DNA from: an uncultured delta proteobacterium
GTDB lineage: Bacteria > Myxococcota_A > Polyangia > Polyangiales > Polyangiaceae
Length of the DNA stretch: 64,000 nt
Assembly (NCBI GenBank): GCA_963850305.1
Contig: CAWKKR010000001.1
Location: forward strand, 320,001-384,000
Reading direction: 5' to 3'
The notes below the pieces were generated by a model that saw only the letters and a program-made list of their open reading frames with translations, was not told where the DNA came from and did not search any database. The translations under genes were made by a program, and so were the position numbers. Shown here in pieces: positions 22,454 through 33,129 of this stretch (positions within the stretch are counted from its first letter, which is position 1; every line of letters starts with the position of its first letter).

Positions 22454-23344
22454 TCAGTGCGCCGCGGGTCCGCGTGGCACCGACGCGGGCGTGGGCGGCA
22501 CGGGGTTCACGATCGGCGGCACAGGGGCAGGCGTGGGCTCCGGGGACGGTACGGCCGGCTTCGGATGGCGACCGCGACCCGCATAGAGCGACGGGATGAT
22601 CGGCTCCGCGTTCCCGCGCTGCCACTCGATGAACGCGACGGCGTGCCGCACTTGCTCGTAAGCGTTCACCATGAGCGTGAACGCTTGCCGGCGGACGAGC
22701 GCCGTCGCGGCGACGGCTTCTGGACTCTGCTCCTTCCGTCCGATGGCCGCGACCAGCTCTTCTGCCAGAGCTTTTGCCTTCTGGAGATCGGCTTCGACGA
22801 GCGCCGTTCTTGCCTGGATCCGTTGCCAGTATTCACCGAGCAGGTTCGCCCAGGCCATGAGCTCGAAGGCCACGTTGCGGTAGCCGACGCGCCCGGTGAA
22901 GGATGCAAACCGCGCCGGATCGATGAGCCCGTGCTTCGCCAGGGTCATCGCGTCCGTTCGGAGCGTGTCGCGGAGCGCGACGGCCTGCTCGTTCAGCGTC
23001 ACGAGCTCCGCAGGCGGCTCGATGGCAATGAAGTAGAGCGAGTCTGCCTCACACGCCGCCATGGCGTAGTCCGGCAGCGCGTCCACCCGTTCGATGTCGA
23101 AGTCCGGCAGCTTCGCGAGCTTGTCGCGGAGTGCCGTCACTGCCGACATGACTCCGAGAATCGTCGTCACCGCCGCCGCGATGTCGATGCGCACCGGTAC
23201 GAGCGCGCTCTCCGGCACGGCCTGGATCTCGGTGAGGCGCCGCTCGTAGGCCGCGTGGAACGACGACTGGTCGTGGAACCCACCCGGTGCGCGCGCCCTG
23301 CGGTTCCTGGTCTGCCGACCCGTGCGATGATGCTGCGTTGACAT
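22454..23344 (-). CDS. Hypothetical, probably alpha-helical protein with a Pro-rich C-terminus
   Basis: 296-aa ORF with AGGAGA RBS and host-like codon usage; no catalytic motif recognised. Confidence 0.75.
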   Translation of the reverse strand: MSTQHHRTGRQTRNRRARAPGGFHDQSSFHAAYERRLTEIQAVPESALVPVRIDIAAAVTTILGVMSAVTALRDKLAKLPDFDIERVDALPDYAMAACEADSLYFIAIEPPAELVTLNEQAVALRDTLRTDAMTLAKHGLIDPARFASFTGRVGYRNVAFELMAWANLLGEYWQRIQARTALVEADLQKAKALAEELVAAIGRKEQSPEAVAATALVRRQAFTLMVNAYEQVRHAVAFIEWQRGNAEPIIPSLYAGRGRHPKPAVPSPEPTPAPVPPIVNPVPPTPASVPRGPAAH

Positions 23345-23561
23345 TTTTTCTGTCTCCTGTCGATCCGCGGAACGGGTTTGCTCCGCGCTTCCGATAGCTG
23401 GGACGCACGCCCCGCTCTTTCCCTACGGAAGAAAATTTCATTTCAACCACTTTGGCCCCGCGGCCGCCCCGGACCGGAGACCGAATCAGGCCCATGGTTG
23501 TTCGCTCGGATGCCGTGCCAAGACTCCGGGCGACTCCGGAGGTCGGCCACCCGTCCTGGAT

Positions 23562-23935
23562 ATGAGGTCACCTCGTGCGGATTGTTCGACTCGAACCAAA
23601 GCCATGAGGTCACCTCATCCCGTTCGTTCGACTCGAACCAAAGCCATGAGGTCACCTCATCCCGATTGTTCGACTCGAACCAAAGCCATGAGGTCACCTC
23701 ATCCCGTTCGTTCGATTCGAACCAAAGCCATGAGGTCACCTCATCCCGGTCGTTCGACTCGAACCAAAGCCATGAGGTCACCTCATCCCGTTCGTTCGAC
23801 TCGAACCAAAGCCATGAGGTCACCTCATCCCGATCGTTCGACTCGAACCAAAACCACGAGGTCACCTCATTCCGTTCGTTCGTCCCGAACCCGCTCCACG
23901 AGGTCGCCTCATTCCGTTCGTTCGTCCTGAACCGG
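23562..23935. repeat. Tandem array of nine 42-bp units, each holding two palindromes
   Basis: Consensus ATGAGGTCACCTCATCCCGTTCGTTCGACTCGAACCAAAGCC, period 42 (GAGGTC starts at 23564, 23606 ... 23900). The first unit and the last two are degenerate. Confidence 0.95.
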
Positions 23936-24043
23936 AGGACCCGTCACGTCCGATCGGGCGTTTTCACGGCGGCCGCGGGCTCGTCCCGGGTCGTCTTTCG
24001 CGATCGCCTGGAGCCATGCGACACTTCGCCGAGCGACTCGCAG

Positions 24044-25399
24044 ATGCCCCTACCTCCCGGACCCCCACTCCCCATGGCCGCGCAGACTGCGTGGTGGATC
24101 CGCCGCCCGATCCATCTGCTCGAATTTTGCCGGCGCCGTTACGGTCCCGCGTTCACCTTGAGTCTGCCGGGCATGCGCATCGTGTTCCTGAGCGAGCCCG
24201 ACGCGATCCGGACCGTGTTCAGCGCGAAGCCCGACGAGATGCACGCCGGCGAGGTGAACCGCATCCTCCGCGTGCTCGTCGGGGACGCGTCGGTGCTGCT
24301 CCTCGATGGGAGCGAACATCTCCGGCACCGGAAGCTCCTCATGCCGTCCTTCCACGGCGAGCGGATGCGTTACTACGGAGACACGATGGTCGAGATCACC
24401 CGGCGTTCGATGTCGACCTGGCCGGAGGGCACGCCTTTCTCACTCCACCCGTACACGCAGGGGATCACCCTCGATGTGATCCTGCAAACCGTGTTCGGCC
24501 TGGACGAGGGCGCGCGACTGGTCGAGCTTCGCCGCCAGATCCGGCGATTGCTCTCCGTCAGTGAAAATCGCCTCGCGACGGTCCTGATGTTCTACATCTC
24601 GGCACATCCGGATGCGGAGCAGCGCCTCCCCTGGAGGTTCCTGCTTCGAGACCGAAACCGCATGGACCGCTCGATCTACCGGCAGATCACCGAGCGGCGC
24701 GCCGGCCCGGGTCGAGATCGCAAGGACGTGCTGGCGATGCTGCTCCAGGCGCGCGACGAGCAAGGAGAAGGCATGACGGACGTCGAACTGCGCGACGAGC
24801 TCGTCACGGCGCTTGCCGCAGGTCACGAGACGACGGCGACCGCACTCGCGTGGGCGTTCGAACGACTCTTGCTTCATCCTCACGTTTACGAGCGCCTACG
24901 GGACGAAGTTCGTTCCACGTGCGACGGCACCACGCCGGACCCGGAACGCGTCGCGGCCCTGCCCTACCTCGACGCGACAATCAAGGAGATACTCCGGATG
25001 CGGCCGGTCGTGCCGGTCGTCGGCCGGGTGCTGAAGAGACCCTACTCGCTCGGCGGCCACGATCTCCCCGTGGGAACTTACGTCGCGCCGTGCATCTATC
25101 TCGCGCAGCGGAACCCCAAGACCTACGTCGCTCCGGACGAGTTTCGCCCGGAGCGCTTCGAGGGCGTCCCCCCGGACCCCAATTCATGGCTCCCGTTCGG
25201 TGGCGGCATGCGTCGCTGTATCGGAGCTGCCTTCGCTATCTACGAAATGAAGGTGGTGCTCTCCACGATCCTCGCCGGCGCGGACCTGTCCCTGTCGCAG
25301 CCCTCCCCCGTGCGCGTCGTACGCCGCGCGATCACCTTCTCGCCGGAGCACGGCACCCGAGTGACCCTGACGCGGCGTCGCGAACCAGCGCGCGCGTGA
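24044..25399 (+). CDS. Cytochrome P450
   Basis: PLPPGPP N-terminus, AGHETTA I-helix, EILR (ExxR), PERF, FGGGMRRCIG heme ligand. Confidence 0.95.
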   Translation: MPLPPGPPLPMAAQTAWWIRRPIHLLEFCRRRYGPAFTLSLPGMRIVFLSEPDAIRTVFSAKPDEMHAGEVNRILRVLVGDASVLLLDGSEHLRHRKLLMPSFHGERMRYYGDTMVEITRRSMSTWPEGTPFSLHPYTQGITLDVILQTVFGLDEGARLVELRRQIRRLLSVSENRLATVLMFYISAHPDAEQRLPWRFLLRDRNRMDRSIYRQITERRAGPGRDRKDVLAMLLQARDEQGEGMTDVELRDELVTALAAGHETTATALAWAFERLLLHPHVYERLRDEVRSTCDGTTPDPERVAALPYLDATIKEILRMRPVVPVVGRVLKRPYSLGGHDLPVGTYVAPCIYLAQRNPKTYVAPDEFRPERFEGVPPDPNSWLPFGGGMRRCIGAAFAIYEMKVVLSTILAGADLSLSQPSPVRVVRRAITFSPEHGTRVTLTRRREPARA

Positions 25400-25405
25400 G
25401 GCGGG

Positions 25406-26512
25406 TTACCTCCGGATGCTGATGCTCATCAGGAGCCCGAACCCGGCGAGAGTCGTGATGACGCTCGAGCCGCCGTAGGAGAAGAGCGGGAGCGTGATAC
25501 CGACGACGGGGAAGAGGCCGAGCGCCATGCCGACGTTGAAGAGGACCTGAAAGAAGAGCTTCGCGCCGATACCGATCGCGACGGCGGCGCCAAAGCGATC
25601 CTTCGCCTGCGAGGCGATGTTGATCGCCCAGATGCAGAGGAAACAATAGAGCCCGAGCAGCGCGACGCAGCCGATGAACCCCCAGTCTTCCGCGAAGACG
25701 GAGAACGAGAAGTCGGTGAACTGGTCTGGCAAGAACCCGAACTGGTTCTGCGTCCCCTCGCGAAAGCCCGCACCGAGAAGTCCGCCGTCCCCGATGGCCG
25801 TACGTGACTGGAACGCGTGCCAGCCCGAGGTCGTCTTGTTCGCGTCCGGGTGGAGAAAGCTCGTGATGCGGAGCTTCTGGTAATCCTTCATCCCGAACTG
25901 CCAGAGCCCGACCGAGCCGACGACGGTCGCGACGATTCCGGTCGCGACACTCGAGCGCTGGATCTTGGTGATCGAGAGCATCGCGGCGACCGTCAGCAGG
26001 TAGATGACCGACGTGCCGAGATCCGGCTGCGCCATGACGAGCCCGGTGGGTACCGCGGTGAGCAGAAGCGGCGGCGCGAGGTCGATGAGCGTGCGGGGCT
26101 CCGTCTTCGGATCGTCGGCGAGGTAGCGCGCGATGGCGAAGATCAGCAAGATCTTCATGAACTCGCTCGGCTGGAAGCCGAAGCTGCCAATCTGGATCCA
26201 GCGCGCCGAACCACGGATGTCGGAACCGAGGGCCCACACCATCAAGAGGGCGAGAACGCCGATACCGTAGAGCACGTACGCGAGTCGCTCGAAGAATCGA
26301 TAGTCGATCGCGGCGAGCAGGATCGCGAAGAGCCCGCCGACGACGAGCCAGTACACCTGCGACACGTACACGTCCGCGATGCCCTCGCGACCCGCGATGC
26401 CCATGTACGGGCTGGTCGCGCTGTAGAGGTTCACCACGCCTGCGATCGCGACGAACACCACTCCGAGGAAGAGCGGCCAGTCGAGCTTTTCGCGAGGCCC
26501 CGCCCCGAGCAT
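25406..26512 (-). CDS. rodA: Rod shape-determining protein RodA (SEDS)
   Basis: GSARWI, FQPSEFMKI, QPDLGT, PVVGITLPLFSYGGSS; TGATG coupling with mrdA. Confidence 0.95.
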   Translation of the reverse strand: MLGAGPREKLDWPLFLGVVFVAIAGVVNLYSATSPYMGIAGREGIADVYVSQVYWLVVGGLFAILLAAIDYRFFERLAYVLYGIGVLALLMVWALGSDIRGSARWIQIGSFGFQPSEFMKILLIFAIARYLADDPKTEPRTLIDLAPPLLLTAVPTGLVMAQPDLGTSVIYLLTVAAMLSITKIQRSSVATGIVATVVGSVGLWQFGMKDYQKLRITSFLHPDANKTTSGWHAFQSRTAIGDGGLLGAGFREGTQNQFGFLPDQFTDFSFSVFAEDWGFIGCVALLGLYCFLCIWAINIASQAKDRFGAAVAIGIGAKLFFQVLFNVGMALGLFPVVGITLPLFSYGGSSVITTLAGFGLLMSISIRR

Positions 26513-28443
26513 CAGGGTCCACTCCGCGCGGGTGGCGGGACCTTGGCGGATGCCTCGCGGACCGCCAGGCGATCGGCCTTGAACTTCTGCCAGTCGCGGA
26601 CGACGCGCATCGCGACCGGAACGGCGTTGGCGCCACCGCCGCCGCCGTGCTCGATGATGACGACGATCGCGATCTCGGGCGACTCCGACGGCGCGTAACC
26701 CGCGAACCAGGCATGATCGCGATTGAAATACCACTCCCGCTCGGGATCGACGCCCTTCGGCGTCACGTGACTGACCTGCGCGGTCCCCGTCTTGCCCGCC
26801 ATGTCGACGTCGGGAAGCCGCTCGCGATTCGCCGTCCCCTTCTTCTCGAAGACCACGCCGCGGAGCGCTCGATGGATGAGATCGAGCTGGTCGTGGTCGA
26901 GGTCGATGATGCGGCGAACTCTAGGCGGAAATTCCTGCACGACGGTGCCGTCGCTCGTTTCGATGCTGCGGACGAGCTGCGGCTGGTAGAGGATGCCTCC
27001 GTTCGCCAGCGCCGCGTACGCCAGGGCGAGCTGGGTGACCGTCACGGTCGTGGCGCCCTGGCCGATCGCGGCGAGCAGCGTGAAGCCACCGCGGAACCCG
27101 CCCGGTTGGTGGCGCGAATACCACGCTTTCGTCGGCATGCGCCCCCGCGCTTCGGGATTGACGCCGATGCCCGTCTTCGTGCCGAAGCCGAAGGCGACAC
27201 CCATCTCGGCGAGCCGGTCGATGTGAATCTCGTCGCCGAGAGTATAGAAATACGTGTTACACGACTGCACGATCGCATCGTAGAGGTCCACGCTGTGGTG
27301 CACGCCCGTGCACCGGAAGAAACGACGGCCGAACTCGTAACCGCCGTGACAATCGACGCGAGTCTCCGGCGTGATGAGGTGATCGGCGAGACCGGCGAGC
27401 GCGCTGAAGGGCTTGTAGGTCGAACCGGGCGGGTACGCGGCGGACACCGTCTTGTCCAGCGTCGGTCTCAGCGGGTCGCTGTAGAGCTTCTTGAAGGCCT
27501 CTCGCACGGCGCTCGTCCCGCTCCCGCCGGAGACGACGTTCGAGTCGAAGCTCGGCTTCGACAGGGCCGCCAGTATTCGCCCCGTGCGCACGTCCACGAC
27601 GACGACGGAGCCCGCGAGCTGTCCCCGCATGGCGCGTTCGATGGACGCTTCGAGCTCGATGTCGACCGTAAGCGAGATATCGCGCCCGGGGATCGGCTCG
27701 ACCGTCGTCGGTTCGTCGAGGTAACGACTCTCCATCTCCTCGCGGCTGCCATGCGAGCGCTGCCAGTGGACGACCTTCTTCGTCCCCCGCTCGCCGCGGA
27801 GGTAGCTCTCCCAGCGACGTTCGATGCCGACCGCCCCGATCGTATCGCCCGATCGATATCCTTCGTCCTCCTCACGCGCGAGCGTATCGGGATCGATTTC
27901 CCGCATGTACCCGATGAGATGCGCGCCGAGAGAACCGAACGGGTAATACCGTACCGGGACGGGAACGACCTCGATCCCCGGTAACTCGGCCTCGTGAGTC
28001 TTGAGCGCCGCGACCACGTCGCGATCGACGTCGACCTTGAGCAGGATCTGCTGGGTCCGGCGGGTGCCGGGGTCCGCTTGAATGCCCGCGATGCGATCCT
28101 GGAGATCCTTCTTCTCCTGGTCATCGAGGTGCATGAGCTGCGCCGCCACGGGCCAGGTCGTTTTCAGGTCGATCGCCTCGGGAACGACGTAGACGTTGTA
28201 GGAAGGTCGATTCGCGGCGAGGACCTTGCCAAAGGCGTCGCGAATCACCCCGCGCGTCGTCGCGAGACGGATCTCACCGGTGATGTTCCGCCGAGCTTGC
28301 GCGCGGTGCTGGTCCGCCTCGAGAATCTGGAGTTCGACGAGCTTCGCGATGAGGGCCGAGAACGAAAGGAGCACGGCGAAGACCAGGTAGCGGTAGCGGC
28401 GCCGAAACTCGCCGATGTCCGAGCGCTGGACGAGGAAACTCAT
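26512..28443 (-). CDS. mrdA: Penicillin-binding protein 2
   Basis: RGVIRD, PGSTYK (SxxK), SCN (SxN), KTGTAQ; mre operon context. Confidence 0.95.
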   Translation of the reverse strand: MSFLVQRSDIGEFRRRYRYLVFAVLLSFSALIAKLVELQILEADQHRAQARRNITGEIRLATTRGVIRDAFGKVLAANRPSYNVYVVPEAIDLKTTWPVAAQLMHLDDQEKKDLQDRIAGIQADPGTRRTQQILLKVDVDRDVVAALKTHEAELPGIEVVPVPVRYYPFGSLGAHLIGYMREIDPDTLAREEDEGYRSGDTIGAVGIERRWESYLRGERGTKKVVHWQRSHGSREEMESRYLDEPTTVEPIPGRDISLTVDIELEASIERAMRGQLAGSVVVVDVRTGRILAALSKPSFDSNVVSGGSGTSAVREAFKKLYSDPLRPTLDKTVSAAYPPGSTYKPFSALAGLADHLITPETRVDCHGGYEFGRRFFRCTGVHHSVDLYDAIVQSCNTYFYTLGDEIHIDRLAEMGVAFGFGTKTGIGVNPEARGRMPTKAWYSRHQPGGFRGGFTLLAAIGQGATTVTVTQLALAYAALANGGILYQPQLVRSIETSDGTVVQEFPPRVRRIIDLDHDQLDLIHRALRGVVFEKKGTANRERLPDVDMAGKTGTAQVSHVTPKGVDPEREWYFNRDHAWFAGYAPSESPEIAIVVIIEHGGGGGANAVPVAMRVVRDWQKFKADRLAVREASAKVPPPARSGP

Positions 28444-28964
28444 CGCGTCGCCTCGCCGCCGCGCGGGGCGGTGGCGGGATTCTGGTGGATGCGCTCCGCG
28501 ACGTAGAACACGAATGGAGCCAGGAGGGCGGTGGCCGTGGCCTGCGGAGCGACGATGGCCGCCAGCTCGACCGGGCGCTGGGGGTCCGCGCCGAAGATGA
28601 CGAGCAACACCAGGACGAAGACGCTCTGGACCAGGGAGAACCCGAGCGCGAGAGCGATCTGCGTCGGCACCGTCTGCGCGGTGAGGCGTACGCCGGCGAC
28701 CCGCGCCAGCCACCACAGCGCGACGTAGACGAAGGAGAAGAGCCCGATGGGCGCCGACGCAAAGAGGTCGATCGCGTGCCCGATGACGAACGCGAGGACG
28801 GCGCCGCGCGCCATCGACGGCTCGTGAACGCCGAGGAAAATCACGAGCGGTAGCACGGCGCTCGGAGTCCAGCCGAGCAACCCGAGCGGACCGACGATGC
28901 GGTGCACGTTTGCCTGAATCAAGATCAGAACCAGAGCAAAAATGAGAAGCGCCGCCGTTCGCAT
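28440..28964 (-). CDS. mreD: Rod shape-determining protein MreD
   Basis: Hydrophobic 174-aa protein between mreC and mrdA. Confidence 0.8.
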   Translation of the reverse strand: MRTAALLIFALVLILIQANVHRIVGPLGLLGWTPSAVLPLVIFLGVHEPSMARGAVLAFVIGHAIDLFASAPIGLFSFVYVALWWLARVAGVRLTAQTVPTQIALALGFSLVQSVFVLVLLVIFGADPQRPVELAAIVAPQATATALLAPFVFYVAERIHQNPATAPRGGEATR

Positions 28965-28968
28965 CTTC

Positions 28969-29835
28969 TCAATGCTTTGCCCGGCGTTCCGGCGTCTGCT
29001 GGCAATCCTTCGTGTCGGTCAGGACGATCAGCACGTCGTCGAGCCGGGAGAAGTCCACGGTCGGCACCGCATCCACCTGCTGATAGATGCCGAAGTCGCG
29101 CTTGACGACCTCGGTGACCTTCGCGACGGGAATGCCCTTGGGAAAGCGACAGCCGAAGCCGCTGGTGACGAGCACGTCCCCTTGCTCCACCTCGTCGGTA
29201 CGCTGCACGTATTCGACGCGAACGACGTACCGTGACAGATCGCCCACGCCACGAACGAAGCCCCGAGCACCCGTACGCTCCACGACCACGTCCACACCAA
29301 ACCCGCTATCCACGGAGAGCTGCACGTCCGCCCGATCGCCCGCGACCCGCTGGATCGTCCCGACCACGCCGTCGAGCGCGATCACGGGCAGGTTCGGGCG
29401 GATGTTCGGCGCGGACACGTCGAGGACGAGGTGTGCGACGCGGAAGTATTCCGTGATGTCCTTGCCGATCACGACGGCGCTCACGGTCTCCGCGTTCGCC
29501 GTCTCGCGGAGCCCGAGCAGACGACGCAATCGCCGGCTTTCGGCCTCCGCCGCGGACAGGCGCCGGACGTCTCCGCGAAGACGCGCGTTTTCGTACGCCA
29601 GCTTGTTGTTGTCCGCTTTCACGTCCACCAGATACACGTAGCCACTGAGGAGGTTCGAGGCGCCGCGAGCGATCGCGGAAACGAAGTATTCGACCGGCGC
29701 GGAAATACGCAAAAGCGCTCGGTCCACGGCGCTCAGATCCTCTGGATTCCGGATGCTGGCGCGCAGAAAAAAGAACGGCACCACGAGCAGCAGAGGAACC
29801 AGAACGATATCGCGATACCGCCGAAACCGATTCAC
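28969..29835 (-). CDS. mreC: Rod shape-determining protein MreC
   Basis: N-terminal TM, coiled coil ENARLR, GDVLVTSG...FPKGIPVAKV. Confidence 0.92.
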   Translation of the reverse strand: MNRFRRYRDIVLVPLLLVVPFFFLRASIRNPEDLSAVDRALLRISAPVEYFVSAIARGASNLLSGYVYLVDVKADNNKLAYENARLRGDVRRLSAAEAESRRLRRLLGLRETANAETVSAVVIGKDITEYFRVAHLVLDVSAPNIRPNLPVIALDGVVGTIQRVAGDRADVQLSVDSGFGVDVVVERTGARGFVRGVGDLSRYVVRVEYVQRTDEVEQGDVLVTSGFGCRFPKGIPVAKVTEVVKRDFGIYQQVDAVPTVDFSRLDDVLIVLTDTKDCQQTPERRAKH

Positions 29836-29896
29836 GGGCCCCTAGTACACCATGATTTCCCGAGCGAGCATGCCCAGATGACCGGCGAGCCCCTCG

Positions 29897-30937
<1,041 letters not shown>

Positions 30938-31129
30938 TCACCCTGGGCCCGGTAGGCGAAACGCTCTGGAGCGCCGACGAGACCTCCCGAACCGGAGGGC
31001 GGGGTCAGACCTAACACGGTCACGACGCGCCGTGCAATCGGCAGAATGCTACCCGGGCCGATAGCGACCCACGACGGGGCTAAATGCCCGACACAAGGCC
31101 GAAATATAGCTCGCACGAAGCCGGGCCGT

Positions 31130-31999
31130 TCACTCGTCGTCTTCGTCCCATGCGTCGCGCGCGCGCGGCCCACGAAGGCCTTCTCCGTCGCGGCGTGTTC
31201 GGCCGCGCTCCGGCCCTCGCGCGCCCTTCTTCTTTTTTCCGACGTCTTTCGGTCCACGCCGGCGGCCGTCGCCACGCGCGTCTTCCTCGGTCGGCGGTGG
31301 CGGCGGCGGCTCCATGGCGCCACCGTCCGGAGCCCAGCGAGGCTCTTCCCGAGGCGGTCGCGGCGTGAACCCTCCCCCGCCGCCTCCCATCGGAGGCCCG
31401 CTCGGCCGCGGCGGTCGCTCGCCGCGCGCGTGCGCGATGCTCGCCGACACGCGTCGCCCCTTGAGCTCCGCTTCGCGCAACGCATCGACGGCCGTTTGCG
31501 CCTCCGCGGCACTGCCCACGATGACGAAGCCGAAGCCGCGCGGACGCCCCTGAGGATCGAGCGGCAGATTCACGCGCACGACCGACGCCACACCAGCGCG
31601 CTCGAGCATCTGCTCCACCTCCATCACGGACGTGTCGTACGGCAGATTCCCCAGGTAGAGCGTGCGATCCTCCGCGCTGCCGCGGTGCTCGGCCGGTGCA
31701 TCGCCTCGGCCGGGAGGGCCGTCGGGGCGCTTCGGTGGCGCGGCCTGGAAGGGGCGCACGGAGATCGACCGGCCCGACTGCATCGAGCCGTCGAGCGATT
31801 CACGCGCGGTGCGCGCTTCCTCCTCGGATGAAAGCGTGACGAACCCGAAGCCGCGCGGACGCCCAGTCGCGCGATCGCGCGGCACACTGACGTCCACGAC
31901 GTTGGCGCCGGTTGCTTCGAAGAGCTGGCGCAATACCGACTCGGAGATCGAGTCTGGCAAGCCCGCTACGAAGAGCTTGCATCGTTCGTCGACCGCCAT
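31130..31999 (-). CDS. RNA-binding protein with two RRM domains and a G/R/P-rich tail
   Basis: RNP2 LFVAGL and LYLGNL; RNP1 RGFGFV twice. Confidence 0.9.
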   Translation of the reverse strand: MAVDERCKLFVAGLPDSISESVLRQLFEATGANVVDVSVPRDRATGRPRGFGFVTLSSEEEARTARESLDGSMQSGRSISVRPFQAAPPKRPDGPPGRGDAPAEHRGSAEDRTLYLGNLPYDTSVMEVEQMLERAGVASVVRVNLPLDPQGRPRGFGFVIVGSAAEAQTAVDALREAELKGRRVSASIAHARGERPPRPSGPPMGGGGGGFTPRPPREEPRWAPDGGAMEPPPPPPTEEDARGDGRRRGPKDVGKKKKGARGPERGRTRRDGEGLRGPRARDAWDEDDE

Positions 32000-32197
32000 G
32001 TGATCGTGCTTGGACCAGCTCCGGGACCGGGGATCCACTCCCTCGAGAGGCACTTGACGATATCGGTTTGGAAAATCCCGTCAAGCCATCTCGAGAGGCT
32101 GTCGCCCCCAACCCGTCGCGTGCAAGTATCGCCACGACACGAGCCCCTCCGCTTTTACCGTTCGCGGTGGCGGCGGCCGAGGGAGACCCAGGGCGGC

Positions 32198-33121
32198 ATG
32201 AAAATTCGCGTCATCGTGAATCCAAGGGCCGGCGCAGGCGCCGCGGGCCGCAAGATCCCTCGCATTCGGAGCGCCTTCGCAAGCGCCGGAATGGCGCTGG
32301 ATCTGGTCGAAACTGCAGGCCCGGGCGATGCCACGGCGCTCGCCCGGAAGGCGACGGGGGACGGCGTGGACGTCATCGTCGTCGTCGGGGGCGATGGCAC
32401 GCTCAACGAAGTGGCCCAAGCATACCTCGACGAATCGGCCAGTCCCCTGGAAGGGCCGGCTCTCGCCATCGTCCCGCAGGGGACCGGGGGGGATTTCCGA
32501 AAAACGTTCGGGATCGAGCGCGACGTCGACATCGCCGTGAAACGGTTGCTCGCCGCAGTGCCGCGCCCGCTCGATCTGGGCGTGATCGAGGTCGCGGGCG
32601 ACCGGGGCCCACCCGTGCGGCGCGCTTTCGTCAACATAGCGAGCTTCGGCGTCTCGGGGCGGATCGACCGCCTCGTGAACGAGAGCCCGAAGTGGATGGG
32701 CGGACGCGCGGCGTTCGCCATCGGTTCGCTCCGCGCGATGAGCACGTACCGGAACGCTCCGGTTTCGATCCGCGTCGATGGAAAGCCGCTCTACGAGGGG
32801 CGCATCTTCGTCGCGGCGATCGCCAACGGACGTTTCTTCGGCGGAGGCATGCAGGTCGCCCCCGAAGCCCGACCCGATGATGGCGCCTTCGACGTGGTCG
32901 TTCTCGGCGACATGACGTTCGCGGAATCCATCCGCGTCGGCCCGAAATTGTACGCGGGCACGCACCTCGGCGCGCCGCGCGTTCACACCGCGCGCGGCCG
33001 GACCGTGGAGGCTTTCCCCCTCGATTCGAACGCCGTCTATGTGGACGCCGACGGCGAGACTCCGGGACGATTGCCCCTCGTCGCGCGCATGTTCCCCGGC
33101 GCGCTCCGCATCCTTGCCTGA
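32198..33121 (+). CDS. Diacylglycerol/lipid kinase (YegS/BmrU family)
   Basis: IVNPRAG, GGDGTLNEV, PQGTGGDF, NGRFFGGG, DADGE. Confidence 0.92.
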   Translation: MKIRVIVNPRAGAGAAGRKIPRIRSAFASAGMALDLVETAGPGDATALARKATGDGVDVIVVVGGDGTLNEVAQAYLDESASPLEGPALAIVPQGTGGDFRKTFGIERDVDIAVKRLLAAVPRPLDLGVIEVAGDRGPPVRRAFVNIASFGVSGRIDRLVNESPKWMGGRAAFAIGSLRAMSTYRNAPVSIRVDGKPLYEGRIFVAAIANGRFFGGGMQVAPEARPDDGAFDVVVLGDMTFAESIRVGPKLYAGTHLGAPRVHTARGRTVEAFPLDSNAVYVDADGETPGRLPLVARMFPGALRILA

Positions 33122-33129
33122 CCTTCGAG

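Noticed and set aside
23562..23935. CRISPR array
   Set aside because: Units are contiguous and near-identical with no unique spacers, and no cas genes are in the window.
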